This document shows, piece by piece, positions 63,801-64,000 of a DNA stretch of 64,000 bases; position 1 is the stretch's first letter; each line of letters begins with the position of its first letter. Location of the stretch: contig NC_091998.1 of the NCBI RefSeq assembly GCF_044704955.1, positions 44,640,001-44,704,000 on the forward strand. Reading direction: 5' to 3'. The stretch is from Pristiophorus japonicus. Its lineage: Eukaryota. The notes below the pieces were generated by a model, which was given only the letters and a program-made list of their open reading frames with translations, was not told the DNA's origin and ran no database searches. Made by a program: the position numbers and the translations under genes.

Positions 63801-64000
63801 GGGTCATGCGTCTGGGACCAAGTGGATCTGCACCTTCGCCCTGGAAAAGTTTCCAATGCCTGGCTCAAAAAGGGAAGGAAATTTGTTAAGAACCTGTGTA
63901 CATGAAGCCTCATCGACATGTGATAGCGCTCGGATGTCATTCCAGTTCCAGCGGATTTTGCCCAGCCAGCTCCTTCCAAGCAGTGTGGGGCCATTGCCCG
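60849..64000 (-). mobile_element. Second Gypsy copy (3' LTR 60849-61060, integrase, RNase H, RT, end of protease), runs off the window
   Basis: 212-bp LTR with perfect TGTTGTG..CACAACA termini. ORFs 61083-63767 are highly similar to the first copy. Confidence 0.96.

Overview
Repeat-rich vertebrate genomic DNA, most likely a shark or other cartilaginous fish (Deu-domain tRNA SINEs, CR1, RTE, Penelope-like and Harbinger repeats). Two host genes lie in tandem on the minus strand. The first is the 5' end of SNRNP200 (U5 200-kDa helicase Brr2; three coding exons, gene runs off the left edge). The second is a complete SLC20A1/PiT-1 Na+/phosphate cotransporter (10 coding exons, 2019 nt, 672 aa, all GT-AG introns in phase) with a CRE-TATA-Inr promoter near 36.9 kb. 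The rest is mostly mobile DNA: a full-length but decayed Gypsy LTR element, a second copy nested in an opposite-strand gag fragment that truncates a two-gene Harbinger transposon, Penelope-like elements with minimal hammerhead ribozymes, MITE-like elements, and two C/G-skewed minisatellites. The most interesting non-repeat signal is the SLC20A1 5' leader: three overlapping uORFs, one encoding a 25-aa peptide that appears matched in position and length to a human uORF, plus an AU-rich leader motif. This suggests an old translational control module on a phosphate transporter. The human comparisons come from memory and need verification. Repeat boundaries are approximate unless a TSD or TIR is quoted.
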